Assembly (NCBI GenBank): GCA_965279525.1
Contig: CBDIIB010000004.1
Coordinates: forward strand, 416,001-480,000
DNA from: Tagaea sp.
GTDB lineage: Bacteria > Pseudomonadota > Alphaproteobacteria > CACIAM-22H2
DNA: 64,000 nt
Direction: 5' to 3'
The position numbers and the translations under genes were made by a program. Below, piece by piece: positions 1 to 11,972 of this stretch. The number at the start of each line of letters is the position of its first letter. Position 1 is the stretch's first letter. The notes beneath the pieces are model-generated. The model was not told where the DNA came from. It saw only the letters and a list, made by a program, of their open reading frames with translations, and did not search any database.

Positions 1-983
1 AGCGCATCGGCCGCACTGACCGTGACGCTGACCACGTCGCCGCGCGCGATGAGCCACTGTGCCGTGCCGCCGATCAGGCCGAGCAGGCGCTGCCCGCCGG
101 GCAGGGCCACCGGCCGGTCAAGCCGGTAATGGGCATTGACGATCGGCGACATGTCGCCCGGCGCACCGATATCCGGAACGAGGCGGGCAAGCGCATGCGG
201 CGGGACGGCAAGCACGACGCAGGACCGCCGGCAGTCGACCTCGGTGCCGGCGAAGGCGAGTGCTTCGACGCGGCCGCGCGCCACGCGCACGGCATCGAGC
301 GGCATGCCGCTTTCGACCGTCACGCCCGCTTTCGCGAGGGCGGCAAGGGCGGGATCGACGAAGGCACGCGACAGGCCGTTGGCCGCAACGAACGGCCGGC
401 ATGCCGCCTCTCCGCGCCCGAACGTGCGGGCCAGCATCGCGGCGAGGGGCCGCGCGGCCGCCTCGCGCGGATCGGTGTTGAGCACGGCGGTGGCGAGCGG
501 TTCCCACAGCGCCTTGTAGAGCGGGCCGTCGGGATCGAGCCGGTCGGCGACACGCGCCGTGTCGCCCGCGAAATAGAGCTGGAGCGCTTCCGAATAATCC
601 GCCGGCCGCGTCCCGGGCACGCGCCGGCCGGGCGCCATGATCCACCACGGGATCGGCCCGGCATTGGGCCGGATCGACCAGCGCTCGCCTGTGGCAAGAT
701 CAAGGAACGGAAAGGCGGCCGGCACGATGCCGACAAGCTCGTCGCGCGCCCCGATCCGGTCGAGATATCCGAACGCGTCGTCGTTGGACGAGAGGACGAC
801 GTGCCCGCCATTGTCGATCTCGCGGTCGAGCAGCGGGTCGTGGAATGACCGGCAGCGCCCGCCGAAATTGGGCGAGGCCTCGTAGAGCCGCACGCGCGCG
901 CCGCCATCCGACAGCGCCAGGGCGGCCGCGAGGCCGGCAAGCCCGCCGCCGACGACATGAACGTCGATCACCGGCTTGCCCAT
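1..983 (-). CDS. hpnE: Hydroxysqualene dehydroxylase HpnE (runs off the window start)
   Basis: Manual translation [67 protein letters not shown]: FAD GxGxxG, GGRCRS and DNGxH motifs; directly downstream of hpnD. Alternative GTG start at 971. Not in ORF track because truncated. Confidence 0.85.
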   Translation of the reverse strand, partial: MGKPVIDVHVVGGGLAGLAAALALSDGGARVRLYEASPNFGGRCRSFHDPLLDREIDNGGHVVLSSNDDAFGYLDRIGARDELVGIVPAAFPFLDLATGERWSIRPNAGPIPWWIMAPGRRVPGTRPADYSEALQLYFAGDTARVADRLDPDGPLYKALWEPLATAVLNTDPREAAARPLAAMLARTFGRGEAACRPFVAANGLSRAFVDPALAALAKAGVTVESGMPLDAVRVARGRVEALAFAGTEVDCRRSCVVLAVPPHALARLVPDIGAPGDMSPIVNAHYRLDRPVALPGGQRLLGLIGGTAQWLIARGDVVSVTVSAADA

Positions 984-1681
984 AGCCCGCGCATCACGGC
1001 ACCGGCCTTGTCGAATGCACCCAGACGCCCGCCGCCGGCGAGGATGCGGGCAAGCAGCGTTTCGTAGAGTTCGCCCATCACGATCGCCGGACGCAGGGCG
1101 GCCCGGTCGAGATGCGCCAGCATCGCGCGCGCCCGGCCAAGCGTGGCCCCGGCGCGGGCAGCGAAAGCATCGCGCGGCTCGGGCAGATAGTTCCGGCCGC
1201 GCGCGGCGTCCTCGTCGATGTCGCGCAGCACGTTGACGCGCTGCAACCCTTCGCCGAGCGTCAGCGCATAGGTCTGCGCCGCCTTGCCCGACGTGCCGAA
1301 GATCGGCAGCGCCAGCATCCCGATCGTGCCGGCCACGCGCCGGCAATAAAGGACGAACAGCGCTTCGTCGAAGACCTGCGGCTCGAGATCCATCAGCTGG
1401 CCGTCGATCAGCGCGTCGAGTTCGGCGCGCGGCAGGCCGAAGGATCGGGCATGCGGCTGGAAGGCGCGTGCGACCGGATGGCTCGGCACGCCTTCGTAAA
1501 TCGCGGCGACCTCGCGGCGCCAGTCGGCAAGACCCGCGCGCCTTTCCTCGACGGTGCCCGGGCCGTCGGCCACGTCGTCGATGGCGCGCGCGATGTCGTA
1601 GAGCGCGAACAGCGCTTCGCGCCGGGCCGCGGGCAGCAGCCGCATCGCCCAATAGAAGGTCGAGCGCCGCCGCGCACTCAC
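968..1681 (-). CDS. hpnD: Presqualene diphosphate synthase HpnD
   Basis: STFYWAMRLLP, DDVAD, YCRRVAG, LQRVNVLRDIDED motifs; lies between hpnC and hpnE. Confidence 0.88.
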   Translation of the reverse strand: MSARRRSTFYWAMRLLPAARREALFALYDIARAIDDVADGPGTVEERRAGLADWRREVAAIYEGVPSHPVARAFQPHARSFGLPRAELDALIDGQLMDLEPQVFDEALFVLYCRRVAGTIGMLALPIFGTSGKAAQTYALTLGEGLQRVNVLRDIDEDAARGRNYLPEPRDAFAARAGATLGRARAMLAHLDRAALRPAIVMGELYETLLARILAGGGRLGAFDKAGAVMRGLWASR

Positions 1682-2490
1682 GGCACGATCCCGGCGAGGA
1701 GGCCGCGCGCGAGCGCCAGTCCCTTGTCGAGCGGCCCCAGCGCCACGCGCGAAGCGAGCGGATCGCGCCGGCGCAGGGCGCGCGCCAGCCGGTGCGAGAT
1801 GTCGACGATCGCCGCCGTCTCCATGCGCAGGCGCCGGTCGCGGATCGAGGCCGCCAGCGGACGGGCCTGCGCGTTGAGCGCGTCGACGCGTTCGAGCACG
1901 CGGTCATAGACGGCGCGCAGCTTCGCCGACAGCGCGGGGCCGAGCAGGTCGCGTTCGGAAAGGCCGGCTTCGTCGAGCCACGATTTGGGGATGTAGAGAC
2001 GGTGCAGGTCGAGCCAGTCGCCGGCGGCATCCTGCAGATGGTTCTCGACCTGGAGGGCCGCGCACAGCGCGTCGGACGCGGGCCAAAGTGCCCGGTCCTC
2101 GCCATGCAGGTCGAGCAGGAAGCGCCCCACCGGGGCGGCCGAGAAGCGACAATAGGCGAGCAGGTCCGACCAGGTGCGGCACGGCCGGCTGCGCGCGTCG
2201 GCAAGGAAGGCCTGCAGGAGATGGCGCGGATGGTCGAGCGTCAGGCCGCGCCCGAGCAGCACGGCACGCAGGGCGAGCGCCTCGTCGGGGCCTTCGCTGC
2301 CGTCGGCGAGCGCGCGGTCGTGCGCTTCGAGCCGGGCGGTCTTGGTGGCTGCGTCGAGGGCCGGGTCGTCGGCGACGTCGTCGGCGGCGCGCGCGAAGCG
2401 GTAGAAGGCGTGCACGGCCGGCCGGTGTTCGCGCGCGACCAGCCAGGAGCCGACGGGGAAATTCTCGGTCGTTCGGGTCCGGGTGCTCAC
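1678..2490 (-). CDS. hpnC: Squalene synthase-family HpnC
   Basis: ENFPVGSWL, ADDVAD, YCRFSAAPVGR, LQVENHLQD motifs. Confidence 0.92.
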   Translation of the reverse strand: MSTRTRTTENFPVGSWLVAREHRPAVHAFYRFARAADDVADDPALDAATKTARLEAHDRALADGSEGPDEALALRAVLLGRGLTLDHPRHLLQAFLADARSRPCRTWSDLLAYCRFSAAPVGRFLLDLHGEDRALWPASDALCAALQVENHLQDAAGDWLDLHRLYIPKSWLDEAGLSERDLLGPALSAKLRAVYDRVLERVDALNAQARPLAASIRDRRLRMETAAIVDISHRLARALRRRDPLASRVALGPLDKGLALARGLLAGIVP

Positions 2491-2531
2491 GAAGATCGAT
2501 TCCGCTTGTGACAGGCTTTATATAGCACCGC

Positions 2532-3317
2532 ATGGACCCGGAAGCGCTCGCCGAAGCCCAGACCCTGCTGCGCCGCCACGACCCCGAACGCTGGCGCACG
2601 ACGCTGTTCGCCCCTGCCGGCCTGCGCGAGCGGCTGGTCGCACTCTATGCCTTCAATGTCGAGATCGCGCGCGTGCGCGAGACCGTATCGGAAGCGCTGC
2701 TCGGGCAGATCCGCCTGCAATGGTGGCGCGAGGCGCTGGCCGAGATCGCCGGCGGCGGCGGCGTGCGCCGACACCCGATCGTGCGCGCGATCGCCGACGC
2801 GAAGCTCGACATGGCCTTGCTGGGCAAGCTGGTCGACGCGCGCGAGCGCGATCTGGACGATACGCCCTTCGCCGATCTTGGCGAACTCGAAGCCCACGCC
2901 GCCGCCACATCGGGCGACCTTGCCGTCGCGGCGGGCGGCGAGGCGTGCCGCAATATCGGCACGGGCTACGGGCTTGCCGGTTCGCTGATCGCGTTGCCCC
3001 ATTTCTCGCGCCAGCGGCGCAACGTGTTGCCCGCGGATCTCGTGGCTGCGGCCGGCCTCACGCCCGAGATCATCCATGAGGGCAAGGCGGGTGCGTTGCT
3101 CGAAGCGGCGGTGATGCCCGTCGCCAAGCGCGCGCGCGAACTGCTGGAGCAGCACCGCGGCGTGCCGAAGCCCGTGGCGCTGCAGGGCACGCTCGCGAAG
3201 CTGTGGCTCGACCGGCTTCAACGCGCGAAGCACGATGCGTTCGCACCCTCGTTGCAGGCGCCGCATCCGGCGGACATCTGGCGGCTGTTCTTCGCCAACC
3301 TATTCGGCCGCTTCTGA
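2532..3317 (+). CDS. Phytoene/squalene synthase-family protein (NDUFAF6-like)
   Basis: [28 protein letters not shown] motifs; adjacent to trmFO. Confidence 0.85.
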   Translation: MDPEALAEAQTLLRRHDPERWRTTLFAPAGLRERLVALYAFNVEIARVRETVSEALLGQIRLQWWREALAEIAGGGGVRRHPIVRAIADAKLDMALLGKLVDARERDLDDTPFADLGELEAHAAATSGDLAVAAGGEACRNIGTGYGLAGSLIALPHFSRQRRNVLPADLVAAAGLTPEIIHEGKAGALLEAAVMPVAKRARELLEQHRGVPKPVALQGTLAKLWLDRLQRAKHDAFAPSLQAPHPADIWRLFFANLFGRF

Positions 3318-4670
3318 AGCGCCGTTCGCCAGCCACGCGTCGAGATCGGCGCGCGCGCGGTGCGCGTAGGCCTTCTTGCGATCCTGGCCCTTGAGCTTCT
3401 TGTCGGTACCCGGATCGAGCGGCGGGAAGAGCCCGAAATTGCAGTTCATCGGCTGGAAGGTCTTCGCGTCGCCACCGCCGGTGAGATGGGCGAGCAGGGC
3501 GCCGAACGCGGTCGTGGGCGGCGGCGGCGCGCACGCGCGGCCGTGCCACTGGGCTGCGGCGAAGCGCCCGGCGAGCAGGCCGATGGCGGCACTCTCGACA
3601 TAGCCTTCCACGCCGGTAACTTGCCCTGCGAAGCGCAGGCGCGGATCGGCCTTGAGGCGCAGCTCGCCGTCGAGCAGCTTTGGCGAATTGAGGAACGTGT
3701 TGCGGTGGATGCCGCCGAGCCTTGCGAACTCGGCCTTCTCGAGGCCGGGTATCGAACGGAACACGCGCACCTGATCGGCGTATTTGAGCTTCGTCTGGAA
3801 ACCGACCATGTTGTAGAGCGTGCCAAGCGCGTTGTCCTGGCGGAGCTGCACGACCGCGTGCGCGCGCCGGCCGGTGGCGGGATCGGTGAGGCCGATGGGC
3901 TTCATCGGGCCGAAGCGCAGCGTCTCGGGCCCGCGCTCGGCCATCACCTCGACCGGCAGGCAGCCCTCGAAATAGGGCGTGTCCTTCTCCCAGTCCTTGA
4001 ACTCGGTCTTCTCGCCGGACACGAGTGCGGCGACAAATGCATCATACTGTTCACGATCCATCGGACAGTTGACGTAGTCCGCCCCGTCGCCGCCTGGCCC
4101 GCCCTTGTCCCAGCGCGACTGGAACCACGCCTTCGTGAAATCGATGCTGTCCTTGTGGACGATTGGGGCGATCGCGTCGAAGAAGGCGAGCGAGGCTTCG
4201 TCGGTAAGGGCGCGCACCGCGTCGGCGAGTGCGGGCGAGGTGAGGGGCCCGGTCGCGACGACGACGTTGTCCCATTCGGCCGGCGGCAGGCCCGCGATCT
4301 CCTCGCGCCGCACGTCGATCAGCGGCTCGGCGTCGATGGCCGCGGTCACCGCTTCGGCGAAGCCGTCGCGGTCGACGGCGAGGGCGGCCCCGGCGGGCAC
4401 CTTGTGGCGGTCGGCGCAGGCCATGACGAGCGAGCCGGCGGCGCGGAGTTCGGCATGCAGGAGGCCCACGGCGTTGGCTTCCCATTCGTCCGAGCGGAAG
4501 GAATTGGAGCAGACGAGCTCGGCCAGCCGGTCGGTCTTGTGCGCCTCGGTCGTGCGCACGCCGCGCATCTCGTGCAGCGTGACCGGCACGCCGGCGCGCG
4601 CCAGCGCCCAGGCCGCGTCCGACCCGGCCAGCCCGCCGCCCACCACATGCACCCGCTTCGTTCGATCCAT
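3300..4670 (-). CDS. trmFO: Folate/FAD-dependent tRNA m5U54 methyltransferase TrmFO (Gid)
   Basis: [50 protein letters not shown] motifs. Confidence 0.96.
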   Translation of the reverse strand: MDRTKRVHVVGGGLAGSDAAWALARAGVPVTLHEMRGVRTTEAHKTDRLAELVCSNSFRSDEWEANAVGLLHAELRAAGSLVMACADRHKVPAGAALAVDRDGFAEAVTAAIDAEPLIDVRREEIAGLPPAEWDNVVVATGPLTSPALADAVRALTDEASLAFFDAIAPIVHKDSIDFTKAWFQSRWDKGGPGGDGADYVNCPMDREQYDAFVAALVSGEKTEFKDWEKDTPYFEGCLPVEVMAERGPETLRFGPMKPIGLTDPATGRRAHAVVQLRQDNALGTLYNMVGFQTKLKYADQVRVFRSIPGLEKAEFARLGGIHRNTFLNSPKLLDGELRLKADPRLRFAGQVTGVEGYVESAAIGLLAGRFAAAQWHGRACAPPPPTTAFGALLAHLTGGGDAKTFQPMNCNFGLFPPLDPGTDKKLKGQDRKKAYAHRARADLDAWLANGASEAAE

Positions 4671-4735
4671 TCCCGCCAACCTGCTATTGTTCGGGACGAT
4701 TCCCCACCGGCACGAGATACAGGCAGGAAACCCCC

Positions 4736-5125
4736 ATGTTCAAGGCATTCAACCCGGCCACCATCGCCCCGCCTTCCGGCAAATACCAGCACGCCGTGGA
4801 AGTCACGTCCGGGGCCCGCACGCTCTACGTTTCCGGCCAGATCGGCGTGCTGCCCGACGGCAAGGTCGCCAAGGGCATCGAAGCGCAGGCCGACGCGGTC
4901 TGGGCCAACATCAAGGCGATCCTGGCCGACGCAGGCATGAGCTATGCCGACCTCGTCAAGGTCACGGTGCTGCTCGTCAACACCGCCGACATCGTGCCGG
5001 CCCGCATGGCCCGCGACCGGGCGCTTGGAACGTCCCGTCCGCCGGCCTCGACGCTGATGGTGGTCTCGGCGCTGGCGAGCCCGGAGTTCCTGATCGAGAT
5101 CGAGGCGATCGCGGCCAAGGCATGA
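4736..5125 (+). CDS. RidA/YjgF family protein
   Basis: [21 protein letters not shown]; 129 aa. Confidence 0.9.
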   Translation: MFKAFNPATIAPPSGKYQHAVEVTSGARTLYVSGQIGVLPDGKVAKGIEAQADAVWANIKAILADAGMSYADLVKVTVLLVNTADIVPARMARDRALGTSRPPASTLMVVSALASPEFLIEIEAIAAKA

Positions 5126-6069
5126 AGCACCGCCCCGCCAAGCTGCTGCTGGTATCGGCCGCGTTCGCGTTCGCGGCGGCGCAGGCACCGGCCCCCGAAG
5201 GGCCGCCGCCCGAGCGCATGCCGACGACGATGCAGGCCGCCCCGGTCCTGCCGCCCGACTTCGTGCAGGGCAAGGCCGAGTTCGACAAGGGCAACTTCAA
5301 CGGCGCCTATCTGCTGCTGCTGCCCTATGCCCAGCGCGGCAATGCCGAAGCGCAGTTCCTGCTGGGCCGCATGTCGGACGAGGGCGGGGGCGGCATCGTG
5401 CTCGACCCGCGCGAGGCAGTGCGCTGGTACCGGCTTTCGGGTGCCAAGGATTACCCGCGAGCACTCTATGCGTTGGCCAAGGCGGCGGCGGTCGGGCGCG
5501 GCATGGCGCAGGCACCCGAACAGGCGCTGGTGTACCTGACGCGCGCGGCCGAACTCGACTTCACGCCCGCGATCCTCGACATGGCCTCGCTCAACGACGA
5601 CGGGCGCGGCGTGGAGCCCGACCGCGCGAAGGCGTTCGGCTGGTACCGGCGGGCCGCCGATCTGGGCAGCACCGAGGCGCGCTTCATGGTGGGCGAACGC
5701 CTCTACAACGGCGACGGCGTGGGGCAGGACCGCGACGACGCGCGCCGCTGGTACACGCTCGCCGCCGGGCGCGGCCATCCGGGTGCGCTGTTCCGCCTCG
5801 CGCAGATCGGTTTCGGCCGACCGCTCAACGCCGACCTGCGGATCACCAACTACACGTGGCTGACGCTCGCCCAGCAGCGCGGCGGGCCGGAGATCCGCAA
5901 GGAAGCGACGGAACTGCGCAACAAGCTCGGCGCCACGATGCTCCAGGTCGACATCGACGCCGCCATGCAGCGCGTGCGCGCCTGGAAACCCGAGCCGCCG
6001 CTGAAGGGCGAGGTGGTCGATCCGGAAGACCCGTACAACGACCCCGAAAAGATGCGGGCGAGGCGCTGA
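5122..6069 (+). CDS. Secreted Sel1-repeat protein
   Basis: Signal peptide [22 protein letters not shown]; repeats AQRGNAEAQFLLG, WYRRAADLGSTEARFMVG, WYTLAAGRGHPGALF; ATG overlaps the ridA stop. Confidence 0.88.
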   Translation: MKHRPAKLLLVSAAFAFAAAQAPAPEGPPPERMPTTMQAAPVLPPDFVQGKAEFDKGNFNGAYLLLLPYAQRGNAEAQFLLGRMSDEGGGGIVLDPREAVRWYRLSGAKDYPRALYALAKAAAVGRGMAQAPEQALVYLTRAAELDFTPAILDMASLNDDGRGVEPDRAKAFGWYRRAADLGSTEARFMVGERLYNGDGVGQDRDDARRWYTLAAGRGHPGALFRLAQIGFGRPLNADLRITNYTWLTLAQQRGGPEIRKEATELRNKLGATMLQVDIDAAMQRVRAWKPEPPLKGEVVDPEDPYNDPEKMRARR

Positions 6070-6258
6070 AATAGGCGACAACAGGTTACGGTAACGTATT
6101 TAAGCCTTTGAAGTTGTTGGCTTGTAACCTCAGCCGTGTTTTTCACGATTTTTGTAGTATCGCGAACACGGAACATATTCACTTGTCAAACAGCGCATGG
6201 CCGTAAATATTCAGCCAATTCGAGGAATATAAGCTAAGACAGGGTCGAAAGCAATCAA

Positions 6259-6298
6259 AAGTCGTGGATGCCCGGCGAATGTCGGGCATCCACGACTT
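6259..6298. repeat. REP-like palindrome (18-bp stem with one G-T pair, 4-nt loop)
   Basis: AAGTCGTGGATGCCCGGC-GAAT-GTCGGGCATCCACGACTT. Confidence 0.85.
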
Positions 6299-6315
6299 CG
6301 GGTACGCTATCCGCC

Positions 6316-7353
6316 ATGAACCGATCCGCCATCCTTTACGCACTCGCCGCCGCAGCGCTGTTCGGCCTGTCGACGCCGATCGCCAAGGTCCTGCTCGGCT
6401 CGGTCGATCCGTGGGTGCTGGCGGGCATCCTCTATTCGGGTGCCGGCGTGGGCCTGCTCGCGTTCCGGCTTGCCGGGCCGAAGGCCGGCGAAGCCAGGCT
6501 CGTGCGGGCCGATCTGCCATGGCTTGCCCTGTCGGTCGTGGCGGGCGGGATCGCGGGGCCTGCGTTGCTGATGCTCGGCCTCACGCGGCTCGATGGGGCG
6601 ACCGCCTCGCTGCTGCTGATCCTCGAAGGCGTGTTCACGGCACTTTTGGCGTGGTTCGCCTTCCGCGAGAATTTCGACAAGCGCATCGCCGTCGGCATGC
6701 TCGCCATCGTTGCCGGTGCCGCCGTGCTGAGCTGGCCGGCCGCGCGCCTGCCCGACGGGTTGGGCGCCCCGCTGCTCGTCGCGGCCGCGTGCCTTGCATG
6801 GGGGATCGACAACAACGTCACGCGCAAGGTGGCGCTCGCCGACCCCGTCGTCATCGCGGCGATCAAGGGGCTGGTCGCGGGACCCGTCAACATCGCGCTG
6901 GGACTTTGGATCGGCGCCAGCCTGCCGGATGCGGCGACAGTGGCGCTGGGGGCGGCGACGGGCCTGCTCGGCTACGGCATCAGCCTCGTGCTGTTCGTGC
7001 TGGCGCTGCGCCATCTGGGCACGGCGCGCACCGGCGCCTATTTCTCGCTCGCCCCGTTCATCGGGGCGCTGGCGGCCGTGGCGGTGCTCGGCGAGCCGTT
7101 GTCGAGCGAGCTGTTCGCGGCGGGTGCGCTGATGGCCATCGGCGTGTGGCTGCATGTGAGCGAGCGCCACGCGCATCCGCATGAGCACGCCGAACTCACC
7201 CATGCGCATCGGCACACGCACGACGAACATCACGCGCATGATCACCCGCCGGGCATCGATCCGGCAGCGCCGCATTCGCACCCGCATGTCCATGTACCGC
7301 TGCGCCACGCCCACGCGCACATGCCCGACAGCCATCACCGGCATTCGCATTAG
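6316..7353 (+). CDS. DMT/EamA family transporter with His-rich C-terminal tail
   Basis: About 10 hydrophobic segments, WGIDNNVTRK, tail HAHPHEHAELTHAHRHTHDEHHAHDH...HHRHSH. Confidence 0.9.
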   Translation: MNRSAILYALAAAALFGLSTPIAKVLLGSVDPWVLAGILYSGAGVGLLAFRLAGPKAGEARLVRADLPWLALSVVAGGIAGPALLMLGLTRLDGATASLLLILEGVFTALLAWFAFRENFDKRIAVGMLAIVAGAAVLSWPAARLPDGLGAPLLVAAACLAWGIDNNVTRKVALADPVVIAAIKGLVAGPVNIALGLWIGASLPDAATVALGAATGLLGYGISLVLFVLALRHLGTARTGAYFSLAPFIGALAAVAVLGEPLSSELFAAGALMAIGVWLHVSERHAHPHEHAELTHAHRHTHDEHHAHDHPPGIDPAAPHSHPHVHVPLRHAHAHMPDSHHRHSH

Positions 7354-7365
7354 AAGTCAAAGTTG

Positions 7366-7446
7366 GTGGATGCCCGGGTCAAGCCCGGGCATGACGGATG
7401 GGGCGCTGCTTTAGCCGTCATGCCCGGGCTTGACCCGGGCATCCAC
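7366..7446. repeat. REP doublet (REPIN-like): perfect 32-bp inverted repeat, 17-nt spacer
   Basis: GTGGATGCCCGGGTCAAGCCCGGGCATGACGG (7366-7397) and its exact reverse complement (7415-7446); each unit is internally palindromic; sits between convergent genes. Confidence 0.92.
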
Positions 7447-7449
7447 GAC

Positions 7450-10317
<2,868 letters not shown>

Positions 10318-10493
10318 ACGGGGGAAATCCTGAGAAGAGGGAGACGGGAATATAGGGCGGTCGCGGGGCCTTTACGACGCCTCAGGAAGGGCATTGTGGA
10401 TAGAAATCGTGCGGCGCTTTTGGGGCTTGCGCCGCCCCCCCGGCTTCTGCAAGTTGGCGCTTCGTTCTTGTGCGACTCGATTGGAGAATTGCC

Positions 10494-11006
10494 ATGGCCG
10501 GCAGCGTCAACAAAGTCATCCTCATCGGCAATCTCGGCAAGGATCCCGAGGTCCGTTCGATGCAGAACGGCGGCAAGGTCGTGAACCTTTCCATCGCGAC
10601 GTCGGAAACGTGGCGCGACAAGAACAGCGGCGAGCGCCAGGAAAAGACCGAGTGGCACCGCGTCGTCATCTTCAACGAGAAGCTCGGCGAAGTGGCCGAG
10701 AAGTATCTGAAGAAGGGCGCCAAGGTCTATGTCGAGGGCTCGCTCCAGACCCGCAAGTGGACCGACAACGCGGGCGTCGAGAAGTACTCGACCGAAGTCG
10801 TCCTCCAGCGCTTCCGCGGCGAACTGACGATGCTCGACGGCGGCAAGGGCGGCGGCGGGGGCGGCGGCATGGGTGGCGGCGGCGATGACGACGAATTCGG
10901 CGGCGGCTCGTCCGGCGGCGGTGGCGGCGGCGGTGGTCGCTCGTCGGGTGGCGGTGGCGGTGCGCGCAAGCCGGCCGGCCCGATCGATGACGACATTCCG
11001 TTCTGA
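10494..11006 (+). CDS. ssb: Single-stranded DNA-binding protein
   Basis: [15 protein letters not shown], Gly-rich linker, C-terminal DDDIPF; RBS GGAG. Confidence 0.99.
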   Translation: MAGSVNKVILIGNLGKDPEVRSMQNGGKVVNLSIATSETWRDKNSGERQEKTEWHRVVIFNEKLGEVAEKYLKKGAKVYVEGSLQTRKWTDNAGVEKYSTEVVLQRFRGELTMLDGGKGGGGGGGMGGGGDDDEFGGGSSGGGGGGGGRSSGGGGGARKPAGPIDDDIPF

Positions 11007-11015
11007 GGGCGCGCG

Positions 11016-11219
11016 ATGCCCTTCATCAACATCAAGCTGACGGCCGGCGCCACGAAGGACCAGAAGGCGCAGATCGTGAAGGAGTTCACCGACACGCTGG
11101 TGCGCGTGCTCGGCAAGAACCCGCAGAACACGCATATCGTGATCGACGATGTCGAGCGCGAGAACTGGGGCCACGCCGGCCAGCTCGTTTCCGACCGGCC
11201 GGCAGCGCCCAAGGGCTAA
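11016..11219 (+). CDS. 4-oxalocrotonate tautomerase family protein
   Basis: N-terminal catalytic Pro (MPFINIKL), ENWG; 67 aa. Confidence 0.9.
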   Translation: MPFINIKLTAGATKDQKAQIVKEFTDTLVRVLGKNPQNTHIVIDDVERENWGHAGQLVSDRPAAPKG

Positions 11220-11324
11220 AACGGCCGGCCCTTTCTTCCGCGACCGGGAAAGAACTGCCGGGATGCCGCCCGCAATAGTTGCGGACACCGTCGGATAATC
11301 CCGTGTTTCCGGGTTTTCGCAAAT

Positions 11325-11340
11325 TGGTACGCGTCCTGCT
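11325..11340 (+). promoter_or_regulatory. Putative sigma-54 (-24/-12) promoter
   Basis: TGGTACG-CGTC-CTGCT with exact GG-N10-GC spacing, about 40 nt upstream of the ORF at 11383. Confidence 0.6.
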
Positions 11341-11382
11341 CATGGGAATGGCGAGACATCGTCATCTTCCCCGGAGCCGGTC

Positions 11383-11808
11383 ATGGAAATCGCCGCCTAT
11401 GCCTCAAGCATCGCGAACGTCGCCCGCCGCGCCTTCGGCGTGGCTGAGGCCGCGAGTGCGCTTCGCGATCCGGCCGGCGTGAATGCGGCGGACGTGGTCG
11501 AGAAATACAACCCGCACGACATGAGCCGGCGCGAAGCCTTCGCGATGATGAAGGAGCTGGAACAGAACGGCCTCTTGCCGCCGGGCCGGTCGGCGCTCGA
11601 CATGACGGCGCTTCACCGGCCGGGCGAGAGCGTTTGGAACGTCGACATGGACGCGAAGTTCGACGTAGTCGAGGCGGTGCGTTCGAACCACGCCTACGTG
11701 TCGCACACGGCATCCGTCGACGCGGGCACGGTTGCCTTCGTGAAGGCCCAATTCGACGTGTGGAACGACGTCGCGGCGCTGTCCCGCCGGCACGGGATTC
11801 TGGCCTAG
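11383..11808 (+). CDS. Hypothetical protein (141 aa)
   Basis: GGAG RBS, host-like codon usage, fills the gap before gyrA; no family recognised. Confidence 0.7.
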   Translation: MEIAAYASSIANVARRAFGVAEAASALRDPAGVNAADVVEKYNPHDMSRREAFAMMKELEQNGLLPPGRSALDMTALHRPGESVWNVDMDAKFDVVEAVRSNHAYVSHTASVDAGTVAFVKAQFDVWNDVAALSRRHGILA

Positions 11809-11972
11809 TCCGGGGGCCTTCAAAGCGCCCTCGGTTGGGGGTGGATTTACGATCTATTCCAACGCGTTACGATGCCCATTTCGGCTTTGTTTGTGCATGT
11901 GCGTCCTGCTAGATTTCGGCATCCGGAGTCGGACGGTTCCGGGCCCCTGAAATCCGCACGCGTGACACGAAC

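Noticed and set aside
4105-6069. Apparent long fusion ORFs in the track (4105..6069, 53229..55169, 44345..46630, 39301..41148, 19578..21137)
   Set aside because: These are upstream in-frame extensions overlapping real genes in other frames; the true starts are internal.
7366-7446. CRISPR-like palindromic repeats
   Set aside because: Only two units, in inverted orientation, with no spacer array or cas genes; this is a REP doublet.
10463-10478. Possible alphaproteobacterial LexA box (GTTC-N7-ACTC) between uvrA and ssb
   Set aside because: Second half-site has two mismatches to GTTC-N7-GTTC; plausible by context but not supportable from sequence alone.
10840-10962. (GGC/GGT)n low-complexity repeat
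   Set aside because: Encodes the normal Gly-rich SSB linker.
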